Assembly: GCF_009914755.1 (NCBI RefSeq)
Contig: NC_060927.1
Length of the DNA: 64,000 bases
Direction: 5' to 3' (one strand)
Source: the human T2T-CHM13v2.0 reference genome, Homo sapiens
Shown here one piece after another: positions 49,511-63,200 of this stretch (positions within the stretch are counted from its first letter, which is position 1; each line of letters opens with the position of its first letter). The translations under genes and the position numbers were made by a program. The notes beneath the pieces are model-generated. The model was given only the letters and a program-made list of their open reading frames with translations. It did no database searches and was not told the DNA's origin.

Positions 49511-50815
49511 TATATATTACATATATGTCATATATATTTTTTATATATATGGTTTGTGTGTATACAATGTGTGTGAATGTGTGTATGCAAAATACTTATT
49601 CCATTTGTTAAAATATAATATCTTATAATGACAGTGTATGCCTACAAAGATGAAGGTGAATAGAACAGCAGTTAAGGAGCACGGTTTGTTTCTGAATCAA
49701 CTATAGTATGTGATGAGACGTGGTGTAAGTGCTACAGTTCAGAGCTCAGGGAACATGAACACTTCAGGGCACCTTCAGGGATTAATGAAAGCTCTTTTTG
49801 TCCTGTGGATGATAGCGATTCATACAAATGTGTTACCATTGATTTGGCTTAAAAATCACATTTAATCATTTTTTAGGAGAATCTTCCCTAAAGCTAAATA
49901 AATATCACTATCCCTTTTGATTTAGGATGCTTGAAATCTGTGAAGAGAAATTTCCTTTTTAATAAAAAAAAAAAAAAAGCAATCTTGTCCACTTAACCAT
50001 CTCAGCTTAGCAGTTCTGAAAGGGTTCTTTTTCTTCAGGCCTCATGCTGGATTTGCCTTGCAGTTAGTTTCATGGAGAAAAAGCAACAATGCTAAAATTA
50101 TAGGTGCCAGTAAGTCTAATTGTGATAGATGATGCATGGTTTCAGAAAAGGGATTTATTCTTATTTCAGAATGTCAAATTTAGTTGACATTATTCCTTGA
50201 GAATGGAAAGTTAGGACCTGGATCCCCTGAATCATCTCTAAAGTATTATAAGAAAAATCTGTTCCCTGAGGTACTTATCAGTCAAGGGACAGCCTGAGTG
50301 TGGTGACCCACATGTAGAGTCAGGGAGAATGGATGAATCATAAAAAGGTCCACTTGAAATGCCTTTTTAAATACTTAATATAAATGTAAAAGGCACTCCT
50401 TGAAAAAATAACGCAAAAAATAAGTTGCCATAACCCACAGCTTGCCTGGGACAGAATATGAAAAAGAAAGCGTTCATCAGTGCTGTTTCAAATACTATAG
50501 CTGGCACGAAAGTAGGCACAGGAGGAGAAAATCACCCTGAATTATAAATGTTGTGTGCTATTTTCATGGCACCAGGTGGGAATGTTAACACTTAATCAGT
50601 CTCTCTGGCACTATTTCCCATCCATATTGCCAGCTTTATCACCATGAAAGATGCTTTGATCCTCTTCTGTGGTGTCAAAAACAACAGGCCACAGCATCAA
50701 TGACATTCCAATCAGTGGGGCATCACTGCGCATTAGTTTCTATCAGATATGACGTTTCACTAACGCATTTTGACAACATCTGGTACAATACAGAGGTCTT
50801 TCAGAGTATACACTG

Positions 50816-50823
<8 letters not shown>

Positions 50824-50880
<57 letters not shown>
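50824..50880. repeat. Compound (TG)13-(AT)14/15 microsatellite
   Basis: Direct reading. Confidence 0.95.
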
Positions 50881-50883
<3 letters not shown>

Positions 50884-53800
50884 AAGGGTATATACCTTTT
50901 TCCTATGCCCTAAAAAGGAGATTAATCACAAAGCACTTCTCTTTTACTGTTGTAGATTTTGAAAGCAGGAGGAAAAGTTCTCTTTTAAATATGCTACAGT
51001 TTTCTCTTTGGTGATACTTAATGCTCTCTTATGGAAAATGAAATTCTTAGATTTCTAACATACTGGAGAGTTACCTTATGTTAAAACAATGCCTTTGAAA
51101 ATAGGCATTGTTAAGATTTGCACGGAAGTATCAGTTGTGAAATATAACTGTTGTGTAATGGCAAAATCTTTCTTTTAGTAAGTACCTCCTTTGTATCAGA
51201 CACTTTATGAATGGTCATTTCAATGTTCACAACCACTCTTTGAGGGAGATATTTTTGTACTCAGTATAAATATATGAAAATAAGTTCAGAGAGGCTGAAT
51301 AACCTTTCTAAGATCACTTAGAAAGTGTCCAAACTCTGATGCTCCCTGAGATCCAACTTACCGTACCATATCCATCCTACTGCCACTCAAGGCTGCCCTC
51401 CTTTTTAAAATCTACTTAACCAAACGTTAAATTATTCTATAATTAGACAAATAGAAATTTTTGGCCATAATTAAAGGAAAAATGTTGCAACATGATATCA
51501 AATGATGGTTATAGAAAATCAGATTAAAATAGTTCAAAACATCTCAACAATTAGATTTTTCTCTTGGTTTGTCATTTCTTTTATTGTTTACTGATAAACT
51601 CACTAGGTTTATCAGCTAGCAGGAAGAAAGACAACAGGACTTTTCCTATTGATGTGGAGCAGATGCAAGATAGATCTGGAGCACAGGAAAATTTCAGATC
51701 TGGATGTGTTTAAATCTGGCCCTGCACTGCCAATAGGAAGAGCATGACATTACTGGCAAATGGGGGTGGAGAGGGATATGTGTAAATAGAGGGATAAAGC
51801 AAAGTAGCAAAATATTATAAAATGAACTCACAACATACTCCCTGATTCCATTAAGGCCAGTCTTAATCTCTATCTATACCATGATAAGCTGTATCTTGCC
51901 ATATATTGACCTGAAAAGTTAGACCTATGATATATTGTAGGTAAAAAACAAATAATCATTTTTGCAGTATAACATCAAAGAAATGTTAAACCTTCCTCAT
52001 TTCCTGCCCCAAATGTACACATTTTAAAAAGTAATGCAATATATTTATATTAATATATTCTATCCATTCAATATATAAAAGTTAGCCTAGACACTTTTAT
52101 GGAATATTTTTACAATAAAAAAGTTAGAAAGAGAACATTTTGTATTAGATCAAAAATAATTCAAAGAAATGAGGTAATGCATTCTTTTGTATCACTTCTA
52201 CATAAGCAATAGTCTTTGAGGTTTCTAAGTGGCTTAAAAAGAGATTTGATAAGTTAAAATATTGTCTTTTCTCATTTTATAGCCAGAGAAAAATAGTACT
52301 TGTCTGGAATATATATAATATTGCACACGGGGTTAATTAGGTTAGGAATGAATTAATTTGTAACAATTTCCGTTATTTGACAGGCATCAATAATATAGCA
52401 GCATATTACATGCGTTCCAGACATCAGCATACTTCCATGACCCAGTCAGATTCAATTTGGAAAAACCTTGGATCATATGAATATTTTATTATTGATTTTT
52501 GTAACATCATATTTTACAATCAGTTCTGGTCATAAAAGACCATAATAACTTGAAGAGATATTTTAGAAAGCCATATTGTTGATGAATGGAAAGTATGCTT
52601 TCTGCAGTGAAAAGAAAACTTACTGTCTTTTTCCTGAGACAAAATGTCAAGGTATAATTTGTACTTTATTAACAGCTATCAAGGAAGTTCATTTTCTGAG
52701 CAATTTTTTCATCCTTTGATTTGATATTTTGGGTGTGGGGCATGAGGGTATGATGATAGTTTGTATTTCTTGGTTGTCCTGGCTACTTTCAAATTCTTTT
52801 CATTTCAGACTATTTTCTGTTGAATGATTTGACTTCTCCTAAAAATCTTTCCGGTATCCTGGCCCTCAATCATTTGCACATAATAATCCAATAAAGTATC
52901 AAAGTTTGCAGTAAATGGTCAGACGGCCGGCCAGCTTGATACAGAAAGGTTATGTTGATGGTACCCATGTTTAAATGCATTTCATTTCCAAACACATGCT
53001 TACATTCAGCAGAAACCTAATTGTAGAACTTTTGCTTATGGAGATGCTAAGCATAATCTATTGACCACGTATAAAAATACAATAATGACACCTCTAAAGA
53101 ATGGTAGAGTAAATCACAAGACTTGATATTAGTTATGAGTTTTCTTATACTGTCTGTATTTGAAAATGTGTAATACTTGACACAAATACTGTGTTAGTTA
53201 CATTTAAACAATTTTGTGAAATCAGAACACACACACATCCTTCCCCAGAGGAGTGCAAATATTGATGTTCTGTAGGCTCAAAGAATGATTGCTCAAATCC
53301 ACATTTCCTTGGTTTTCTTACTTACCATATGTTATTCAGAATATTTTGCTCTTAGTTATGCTTTTGATGAAATCATTGATCTCTACTATCAGTATTCACC
53401 ATTTGTCATTTTCTGAATCTCCTTGCCAGTATCACTTATCTTTTCTCCAGGTTCCAAAATGTAAGCAATTTTCTGATATTCTGGTCTAAATGCCATTTTC
53501 TTCTTTTACTCCTTTCTTTTCTACTATAGAACCTAATAACTTCTGGGGAGAAAGATTGAGAGTAAGAGAGAGGAGGGAGAAGAGAAGTAGGAGCAGAGAC
53601 TTATATCATGCCATGACATGTATACTGAGTATTATCAGTGCACACCAATGCCCCACACATGTATGCATGTATGTATGCATGAAGTTTATTTGTGTCAATG
53701 AATAATAATTACCAATTTTGTATTAGGCAGTATTAGGATATCCGATACACAAGGATATATAGGACATAATTCTTCTCACTGAATTTACAGTGTAATAGGG

Positions 53801-56434
53801 CCAAAGCCCCGAAGAGAGATAATGACAATACACTATACTAAAATAGAAGCATGCACAGATGTTAATATTACAAACAGGAGAGCTGCGTAGTCACCAGAGA
53901 GCCAGAAAGAGTGGTGAAAAAACTGAAGCTCATAGAAGCTCAGCACAATGACTATACCCATCAAAACCCTATCTAGAGGAAGGGCCCTCTCTTATGGCTC
54001 AATTTATTCTGTCAGGAGAGAGCCTTTTATCGTTTGTGCAAAAACTGGGGGCCTCAGATGACCTAAACTGATGCCATAAAATGTTAAAATAGCTCCTCTC
54101 TCTTTTAATTTCTAAGCTATTATGTGAATTCCCTATAATTAAAAATTATTAGTGGTTTTCAGTAGAGGCTCATGGTGTAACAGCTTGATCTTAATGTGCT
54201 TTCTATAACTAATCTGGAAACTTTTAAAACTCGTGGGCTTGTTTTTAATAAGTAATGGTATATATTTTATATAATGCTATATACAATAACAGAACAAAGT
54301 GGTATTTATAAATGCCTTACAGGTACCTACAGGCAAAACAAGTATGTATTTAAGCATGAGTTTTTTCAGAATGTTCACAATTCTGAGCACAAGACAATTT
54401 CTGATATTGAAAAAAATAGCATAATTCTAAGAAGAATGACTTATTCTTTAGTCATTGCTAGTCAAAACTAGTCTTACTAGTAATATATAGAAGAAAGATA
54501 TACATACTTGCAAGAACAAAGAATTCAAAAAGAAAATAATAAAATAATGGGGGAAACCACATGTAAGTGCCAGCTCCTACAGTTATCTTCCATGACACCC
54601 AAGCCTTTCACTTCCTCTGGTGCAGCAGCATTTCAGTGGCCTCCAGCTGGGTCAGAATAGTGTTCATCTCGTGCTATTCTCTAGTGTCCCAAAGGTGTTT
54701 AATTTTCAAGTTACAGTTGACACAGAGGAATAGAATTCAGCAAATGCAAGAGGAACTTGAGATAAGAAACTAAAGGTGACTACAGGGATATTATCTTCGC
54801 TTTAGGGGAAACATATTCTCCAATGTAATCATTGAGCCATCTTGTGTCATCTTCTAATCCTGGGAGATGAGTGCTAAATAGATGAAGAACTCTATTTACT
54901 CTAGGATATGAGATTTTAAATGAAACAATCCCATGGACTTTTTTTTTTAAGCCATGAGGCTACATGGCAAGATTTTTTAAATCTTTGTTTACACTTAATT
55001 ATATGCCTATTTAGGATCTTGATTAACAAAAATTAGATATTAGATTACCAGCAATGAATGTAGATGTAAAACACCACAAAAATATTTGAAAGTCTTTTAT
55101 AACTCCTGAAAAATTGTTACTGAAATATTCAAAATGTTACTATTCACCAAAATTACCCTATTCATGTGATGAGTATGTAATGATCTATCTCTCTCAGTAG
55201 TTGCTGTGTATTCCTCTGTAATGTGAAATTGAGAAGATTCCTAAGACAGAATCAATATCATCTTGGCTACTGAAAAGTCACTCCTGTGTGTATAGTAAGT
55301 GATAGAGGAAGAAATGATGGGCTATGTATATTTTATGAGAGACTGCCTTTTTTTTTCTCTCTCTCTATAACAAAGTTCACACCACTGGCTTGTTGTATGA
55401 CACTGTTCCTGGTTTTCAGTATATTCACACATGTATGCGGAGTAAAATATAGTCAAAAGTACATGCATCCCTTGTTAAACTGACCCAGGAACAATTTGTT
55501 AGCTTTTTTTTAAGGTTCTATGCTGCGAGCATAATGGAAGCAGCATGTGAGTTGAAGAAGGAAGGTCTTTTGGCAAGTCCTTCTCCACCATCCATTGGCT
55601 TTGAGATCTGGGACTAGTTCTTAATGTAAGACACTAGCCAGCTAAACAGTGCCGATCAGAAGTAATATACAGATCTGCTGCCTCCTAGTCTGAAGCTATT
55701 CCTTTTCCTACATGAAAAATGCCATTCAATAAGGAAGCTGTGCCTATATACTTCAAGCTCATTTAAAATAACTTCTGCTCTAAGAAATGTTCTGATACCA
55801 CTCCATTAAGTCAGTTCTGAAATACCTTGGGTACAGCACTTCCTTTAAATGTCTGCTATTCCTTTAGAAGCACCACAATATTCTCCTTCTCATTTGCTGA
55901 TTACTTGTGAGTCTAAGAAATGTTTAACTTATTACCAAGTGCGAGCAAATAGAAAAAGGTTGGAAAGAAACTGAAAGGAGCATGGCAGAGCCTTATAAAC
56001 CAGTGGGGACAAAAGAGCATATTTAGAATTATAAATAAAGGTACTGTATATAAAATTGAATCCTAAAATATGAATTTAATAAATGCCTTAATAGCAACAG
56101 ATTGAATGTTGTATTACTTTTGAAGAATAACAAGAAAAAGAAAATTTGGTTAAAATAACATTCTATAAATAGCATTAAGCTTCTTGATAAAAAGTCATTT
56201 ACAAAACTGAGCTGCTGCTTCTAGTATCATGGTATTTAGATGTATAAAGATGTTGTCTTCCATTACTTTAATTCTATAATACCTTATGCAGCATGGAAAT
56301 GAATTATCTTATTTCTGAGCTTGCATTTGGTATAAAGTTAACTTTAGAAGTTTGGTAGAATTGTGTGAATTCTGGTACAGATTATTCAAATGAGTCTACT
56401 TCAGTGGAAAAATCCATGGAAAAATAGTAACTGC

Positions 56435-56492
56435 ACACACACACAAACACACACACACACACAGAGGGGGGTTGGAGAGAGAGAGAGAGAGA
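56435..56492. repeat. (CA)n / (GA)n compound microsatellite
   Basis: Direct reading. Confidence 0.85.
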
Positions 56493-57589
56493 AAACAGTA
56501 TATACTTATCGCATTCAAGAGAGTTTCCTATTTGGCACCATGGAATTATTCAAGTATCCATTGAGTCTTTGGAAATAATGCTATGATCACCTAAAAGAGC
56601 CTGCCAATTATTGCCATATGTGAATGTGGTTTTTATAATCTGGATACTTATGCCCTAGGATTTGGACTAATAGCTCTAACCTTTGACTTCTCATTAACTG
56701 CTAGAAAAACTATGAGACAGAGGAGACATTGGTCAGTGTCAACATGATATAAATTTGGACAAGTGGCTGAAAGTTGAGAGGATTAGTATCACCTTAGCGA
56801 TGGTACTGTACTTACTGAGAAAAAAGACTGGGAAAACTAAAGTATTTGAAAGTCATACATGTTTGGAAACTATGTAAATGAAGGCTCCTTCCAAAAGTGA
56901 GGACGAGATGTAGAGGGAAGGCAGCCAGGTTTGGAAGTGTTTGCTAGTGCATGTGGCAGCCTAAGAAATAAAAATTTATAATTGCCAGTATTGGGAGTGG
57001 GAAGAGTGTACCTATATAAAAAAGCAAAGCAGCTTTGAGCTACAAAGTCAAAGGTAATCATTTCAATTACCCCTGAGGAGATCCATTCAGCTTTGGTGCT
57101 TTTACCAGCAAGTACAAAGATTTCAGAGCATGGTAAACGTATTAGATATATGTGATCAGATGGCCTGGCATATACACCAAGAACCAAAAGCAAAAATTGC
57201 TTTGACTTGTCTAATTTGTTAAGTTATCTAGACATAGTTTATCTATGGAAATCTCTAGGCTCATAAAGTAGGGTGTGGCAAAGGACTTGCCATATATCTA
57301 TTAATAACATACTTGGAAAAGAAGGTGCTCTTTTGTGATATATCTTTGTGAATTATATTTAAAAAGTATAATTTTAACAGAAAAGGATGTTGGTATAATA
57401 TTCCAAGAAAAAGCAAATGTCCAATACATCTCCAAAAGTAGAAGACTAAGTAAAGGCAAATGTGGTTTAATATTGCTTAAATATATTGACACATCTACCT
57501 ATGTTGCAGATTTTAAAAATGTTTATACACAATATGTAAGCATTTATTTATATAAATGTGTGTCAATACTTACTAATTTCTAATATGCT

Positions 57590-57775
57590 AATGTGTATTA
57601 GAGAATATTTATACTCACATGTAATTCCTACAAAATCCTATTATAAAGTTTTCACTATCCCCATTTTACAGACAAACTAAAGCGTGAGGAGGCTTTGTAA
57701 CTTGTTCAGTTACATATATAGTAACTGGCAGAGCCAAGATTTGAACCTGAGCATTCTGAACCTGGGCTCTTAACA
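57590..57775 (-). mobile_element. MIR SINE
   Basis: tatccccattttacagac...taacttgttc...ggcagagccaagatttgaacctgagca. Confidence 0.88.
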
Positions 57776-58496
57776 ATTAAAATGTGCAGATCAAAATAAT
57801 ATCTCCTATTGATTTACCAGCATTGAGGATGCACTTTAAATTGTTGGTCCAATAGTCATGACATGATTTTTGTTGGTATGATCATAATTTTTTCTTTTCT
57901 ATTTTGTTATAAATAGTATTTATTAGCCAACAACAACAAAAAGCTTATATTGGAGTTCTTAAAACACAGGCTTTCTATTTTTGAAGACAAGTATCTGGTT
58001 CATAAAGAAATCAAAACCAGTATTCTGGTTTAATAAGTACTATATTCTAAGACAATGAATCGCTCAACTCAGTAAAGATAGTTTATTTTTCTTACGTATC
58101 AGTAACGTGAAAGATTTCTCCAGCAATATTTTATTGAATTATTTTTACATAGAAATTATGTATTTCTAGATCACTTTGGCTTCTCTAGAAATCCATATTT
58201 TTGCTAACCAACTTCATTTAGTGTCAATAAACAGAAGCCTATGTGACAAAGAAAACTAAATGTGGCATTTTTCATAACATGAAAATATTGGAATCCATTT
58301 TTTTTTGCAGTACAAATACTATAAATACCACACGATTTACTACAGCAAATGCTAACTTGGCATTTCCTATTGGCTAACTCAATGTAACACATCCAAATTA
58401 TAACTCCTGTGCCTTTGCTCATATAGCCATTCCTTCTGTAACTCAAAAAATAGGAATAGTTCCCAACTGCTCAATGTGGAACTTTAGATGTCAGTC

Positions 58497-58827
58497 TTTT
58501 TTTTTTTTTTTTTTTTTTTAATTTTTGAGACAACATCTCACTCTGTCACCCAGGCTGGAGTACAGTGATGCAATCTTGGCTCACCGCAACCTCCACTTCC
58601 CAGGTTGAAGCGATTCTCATGCTTCAGCCTCCCAAGTAGCTGGGATTACAGATGTGTGCAAACATGCCGTGCTATTTTTTTTTGTATTTTTAGTAGAGAC
58701 GAGGTTTCCCCATGTTGGCCAGGCTGGTCTCATCCTCCTGAACTCAAGTGATCCACCTGCCTAGGCCTCCAGGCGCTGTGGCTCACGCCTGTGCTGGGAT
58801 TAAAGACATGACCCACAGCTCCCAGCT
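58497..58827 (-). mobile_element. AluS-type element carrying an internal inverted insert
   Basis: Poly(T) and full dimer; sense-strand Alu 5' sequence at 58769-58792. Confidence 0.95.
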
Positions 58828-58879
58828 GGTTTATTTTTTTATTTTTTTTATTTTTTATTTTTTTTAACTAGTTTATCCA

Positions 58880-59018
58880 GATTTATTTTTTCTACTTCTA
58901 TTGCTATATCATTGGCAAAAATTACATATATTTAAGGTATACAATGTGACAATTTCTTATACATACACACTGTGAAATGATTACAAAAACATATCTATCA
59001 CTACACATAATTACCAAC
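58880..59018 (-). mobile_element. L1MA9-type 3' end fragment
   Basis: aaaattacatatatttaaggtatacaatgtg...cactgtgaaatgattac...aacatatctatcactacacataattacc. Confidence 0.75.
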
Positions 59019-59034
59019 TTTTAGATGTCATCCT

Positions 59035-59535
59035 ATTTTTTTATAATTTCAAGTTTTATTTTAGATTCAGAGCATACATGTTCAGGTTTGTTATATGGCT
59101 ATATTGTGTGATGCTGAGATTTCGGATATGAATGATCCCATCACCAAGATAGTGAGCATAATACCCACTTAATTTTTAAACCCTTACCCACCTCCCTCTT
59201 TCCTTGCCATTGGTCCCCAATGTCTATTGTAGCCATCTTTATATTTGCGAGTACCCAGTATTTAGCTCTCAGTTATAAGTGAGAATGTGCACTATTTGGT
59301 TTTCTGTTCCTGCCTAATTCACTTCGCATAATGGCCTCCAGTTGCATCCATGTTGCTGCAAAGGACATGATTTCCTTCTTTCTTATGGTTGCGTGGTGTC
59401 CCACTGTGTATATGTACTATATTTTATTTATCCACCACTGATGGGCACCTCGGTTGATTCCATGTCTTTCTATAGAGAATAGTATTGTGATGAACATAAG
59501 AGTTCATGTGTCTTTTTGGAAGAATGATTTATTTT
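59035..59535 (-). mobile_element. L1PA15/16-type 3' end
   Basis: tattgtgtgatgctgagatttcggatatgaatgatcccatcacc...agtgagcata...gcatccatgttgctgcaaaggacatgatt. Confidence 0.9.
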
Positions 59536-60030
59536 ATACTCTCTTCCACTTTGCACTCTGCATCATCTAAAATCTTCATATCATCTACATAATGTATCTC
59601 AAATAAATACATTTCTTTCTATGTCCATAATCACTTCTCTACCTATGTCTTATGATTTCTTATTTAGATTATTTCAGTAGTTTCCCATCTGTTCCATTCT
59701 TGACTCAGTTTAATACATTTTCCCGATAGAAGCAAGCATAATCTCTTTGAAATGTAAATCTGATTATGGTGTACCTCATGCGTGAAACCTTTCAATAACC
59801 CCTGATAACACTTAATGTAGAAAAACAAGCCACCTTAATATAAGCCTGAAGACATGGCATGGCCTAATTGGCCTGCATGTGCCACCAAATTAATCTGAGG
59901 CCCTCATATCATTTCTTTTCCAGCTATACTCTTTTTCTTTACCTTTCATTTACTCTCCAGTTCTTTCCTGCCTCAAGACTTTTACCCTAGAATTCTCTGC
60001 CTTCTACTTTATTTTTTCCTTTTACATATC
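59536..60030 (+). mobile_element. L2 fragment (host of the 58.5-59.5 kb insertions; begins about 58400)
   Basis: agaagcaagcataatctctttgaaatgtaaatctgattatg...aaacctttcaataa. Confidence 0.7.
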
Positions 60031-60483
60031 ATGTGAATACTGTAGTACTTTGTACATATCACAGAAAATGATAGATCTCTTTTAAAGGTTAGACACTGTA
60101 CATACCATAAATATTATTCAACTGGAAATTCACTTACTCCATTTCTTTTCTATGCCAACTTAAATTTTTATTTAATAAAAAAAGTTTCCTTAGTAAATGT
60201 AACTCATATTTTCCTTTATTTTTGTGATATTTTCTTTAATATAATTAAGATTTATATACAGTTAAGATATTATACATATTAAGAATTTTTAAAAATGAAA
60301 TCTTTAATATAACCAAAGATTATATTAAAGAATACAAAATTAAAATATAATTAAAGATTTTGTTTTAAATAAATGCTTATAGGACACTGGGAAGTCCTTT
60401 TTTTCTGGTTTTAAAATGTGATTATGATGATCATTAATTATATATATTATTATATGTTATGTACATATTACATATATTATACA

Positions 60484-61116
60484 GAGTTGTCCCTTGGTAT
60501 CAATGAAGGATTGGTTCCAGGACCCCTGAGGATACCAAAATCCATGGATGCTCAAGTCCCTTGTATATAATAGTGTTGTATTTGCAAATAGCCTATTGCA
60601 TGCTTCCATATACTTTATCTCTAGATTACTTGTAATACCTAATACAATGTAAATGCTAATAAGTGGTTGTTATACTATATTATTTAGGGAACAATGGCAA
60701 GAAAAAGATCTGTACATGTTCAATACAAGTACAACCATCTTTTTTTTGAGACAAGATCTTGCTCTCTTGCCCAGGCTGGAGTGCAGTAATGCAATCATGA
60801 CTCACTGAAGCCTTGAGTCCCCTGGTCTCAGGTGGTCCTCCCACATCAGCCTCCTGAGTAGCTAGGACTACAGGCAAGTGCCACCACACCCTGCTAATTT
60901 TTGTATTTTTTGTAGAGATGGGGTTTCACCATGTTGCCCAGGCTGGTCTGGAACTCCAGAGCTCAAGAGATCCACCTGTCTCAGCCTCCTAAAGTGCTAA
61001 GATTTCAGGAGTGAGCCACTGCACCTGGCCCTTGACTAGCCAGTTTTTTTTTTTTAAATTGATCTGTGGTTGATTGAATCCATAGATGCAGAACCCATAA
61101 ATACAGAGGCCAACTG
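60484..61116 (+). mobile_element. MER2, split by AluJ
   Basis: gttgtcccttggtatc...gattggttccaggacccctgaggataccaaaatccatggatgctcaagtccc ... gaatccatagatgcagaaccc...ccaactg. Confidence 0.92.
60740..61030 (-). mobile_element. AluJ
   Basis: gcccaggctggagtgcagtaatgcaatcatgactcactgaagcc...gagccactgcacctggcc. Confidence 0.94.
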
Positions 61117-62194
61117 CATTTCTGTATTTAGCACCTAATGAAACACATAAATATCTTTACAAATTTGTCCATCCTCTTTCTGTTTTTTTAATTCGGAAGC
61201 TTCTTGATGGATTCATAGCATGAGACTGATTATTTAAAGGGAAATTAGACCTACTAAGATATATGTGTTTGGTTGGACCAAGTAATTGGGCATAGGACAT
61301 GTGATAATGGAGAATTGCTGTGGAGAGATGAAAGAGGCCTCCATTCTTCCCTGAAAGTTTTTCGGTTGCCTTATATAAGCCAGTCATTCTAGTACATGGT
61401 AAGAAATAAAGGTAAATAAAAGAAAGATGCCCATGAAGTGCACTTACCTTATCTATCACACTGCAGTAACATAATAGGAGTGGAGTTTTAAACACATGTA
61501 GAATGTGCTTTCTACATGTGTTTTATGAAAACATGATTATACTGTCAGTGTTTAGAGTGACAAGATTGCCTTACAAGATATATCAATTTTCAACTGAATA
61601 TAGCACACTGTTTTAGAAAGAAGATTTTCAGGTAGTTGAAATTTTTATCTGGCCTGTAAACACACAGATGATGAAATGTTAAGGCAGTTAGAAATGACTG
61701 CTAGAATATGAGTTCAAATGATTTTATAGAATACTTCCATGAACTTGCCTAGTCATAAAAATTTTCTTTTCAGATATATCCCCACACTATGTATCATCAA
61801 ATAAACTGTAAGCGCTAAGAAACCAAGACTTACTCAGAAGGAAAGTGGTACAGACTCTATCATGTGTTATACTGAGGGCACGTTAGGTGTACTATTAGAT
61901 GTGTTTTTCCAGTTCTAATTGACAAAAGTGTTATTGGTTTGTAAATACTTTATTTAATTGTGCCAAATGTATAATCAAATTGGTAGGTGCAGTTGGGGGA
62001 CAGTATGGAAAGTTTTTTTAGGCATCTTTTCTGAAGTGCATCAATATACCCCTGAAAGTCTTGAGAACTGTGCTTTTTTTTTGTTTGTTTGTTTTGTTTT
62101 TCTCTGTATTGCTTTCAGATACATGGTACGGACACATAGTAGGGCGTTATATCTGTAAATGCCATAAACTGTTTCTGATCAAAACTCAAAGAAC

Positions 62195-62503
<309 letters not shown>

Positions 62504-63029
62504 TTATTCTGTCAGACGTTAAGCACACTCCACTAATTTTGGAACATAAAATGCTTTATTTTTTCCCTCTACCCAATAAAGTTCCGTGTTTCGACTAATA
62601 ACATGTAGTAGACAGTCCATTACATGGGAAGCAGGCAGATCCCCCCACAAAATAATTCAGCCCACAAATACCTTTTCAGCAGGTTTGCATAAATTAAGCA
62701 TTCTCTACTCCTAATAAAGTTTCTTTGCATCAGAGCCAGTCACTTGACTAGACCTCTAAGATATTGTTGAAGAAAACTACTGTGAAACTAACAGTCACTG
62801 GAAAGAGATAAGGTAATCAATTTCCCTGTGTGCCTTGGAAGATGTCTCTATCTTCATAGTCACCCTTCCATTAAATTGGTTACATTATTTTTACAGTGCA
62901 GGATTGCGTGTTAATGCTACATTAGTTGTTCTTTTACAGTTTTACATGAATAAGAAGAAATTGGATGCAAACACAGAATACCTATGTCTTGGAAGCCCTC
63001 AAACATAAGTTTCATTTCTGTTTACAACA

Positions 63030-63200
63030 CTTAAATCTTGGGATAAACAGCCAATGCACTTAATACCTTTAAGCCCTAACCTTCTCCTCAGGAAAAAGAG
63101 ATAATACCAGTCTCACATAATTGTTATGAATATGGAATTAAAACACAGGTGCAATGCTAGGCATGGAGTAGGTTTCAGTAAATGCTGCTTTTTACATTAC
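63030..63200 (+). mobile_element. MIR fragment
   Basis: cttctcctcaggaaaaagagataataccagtctcacataattgttatgaa...ggcatggagtagg...cagtaaatgct. Confidence 0.6.

Noticed and set aside
49957-49980. AATAAA plus A-run as a processed pseudogene tail
   Set aside because: No upstream mRNA-like body or TSD; it is a simple poly(A) tract.
52390-52415. miR-15/16-like sequence (tagcagca)
   Set aside because: Only an 8-nt match, with no precursor-length hairpin.
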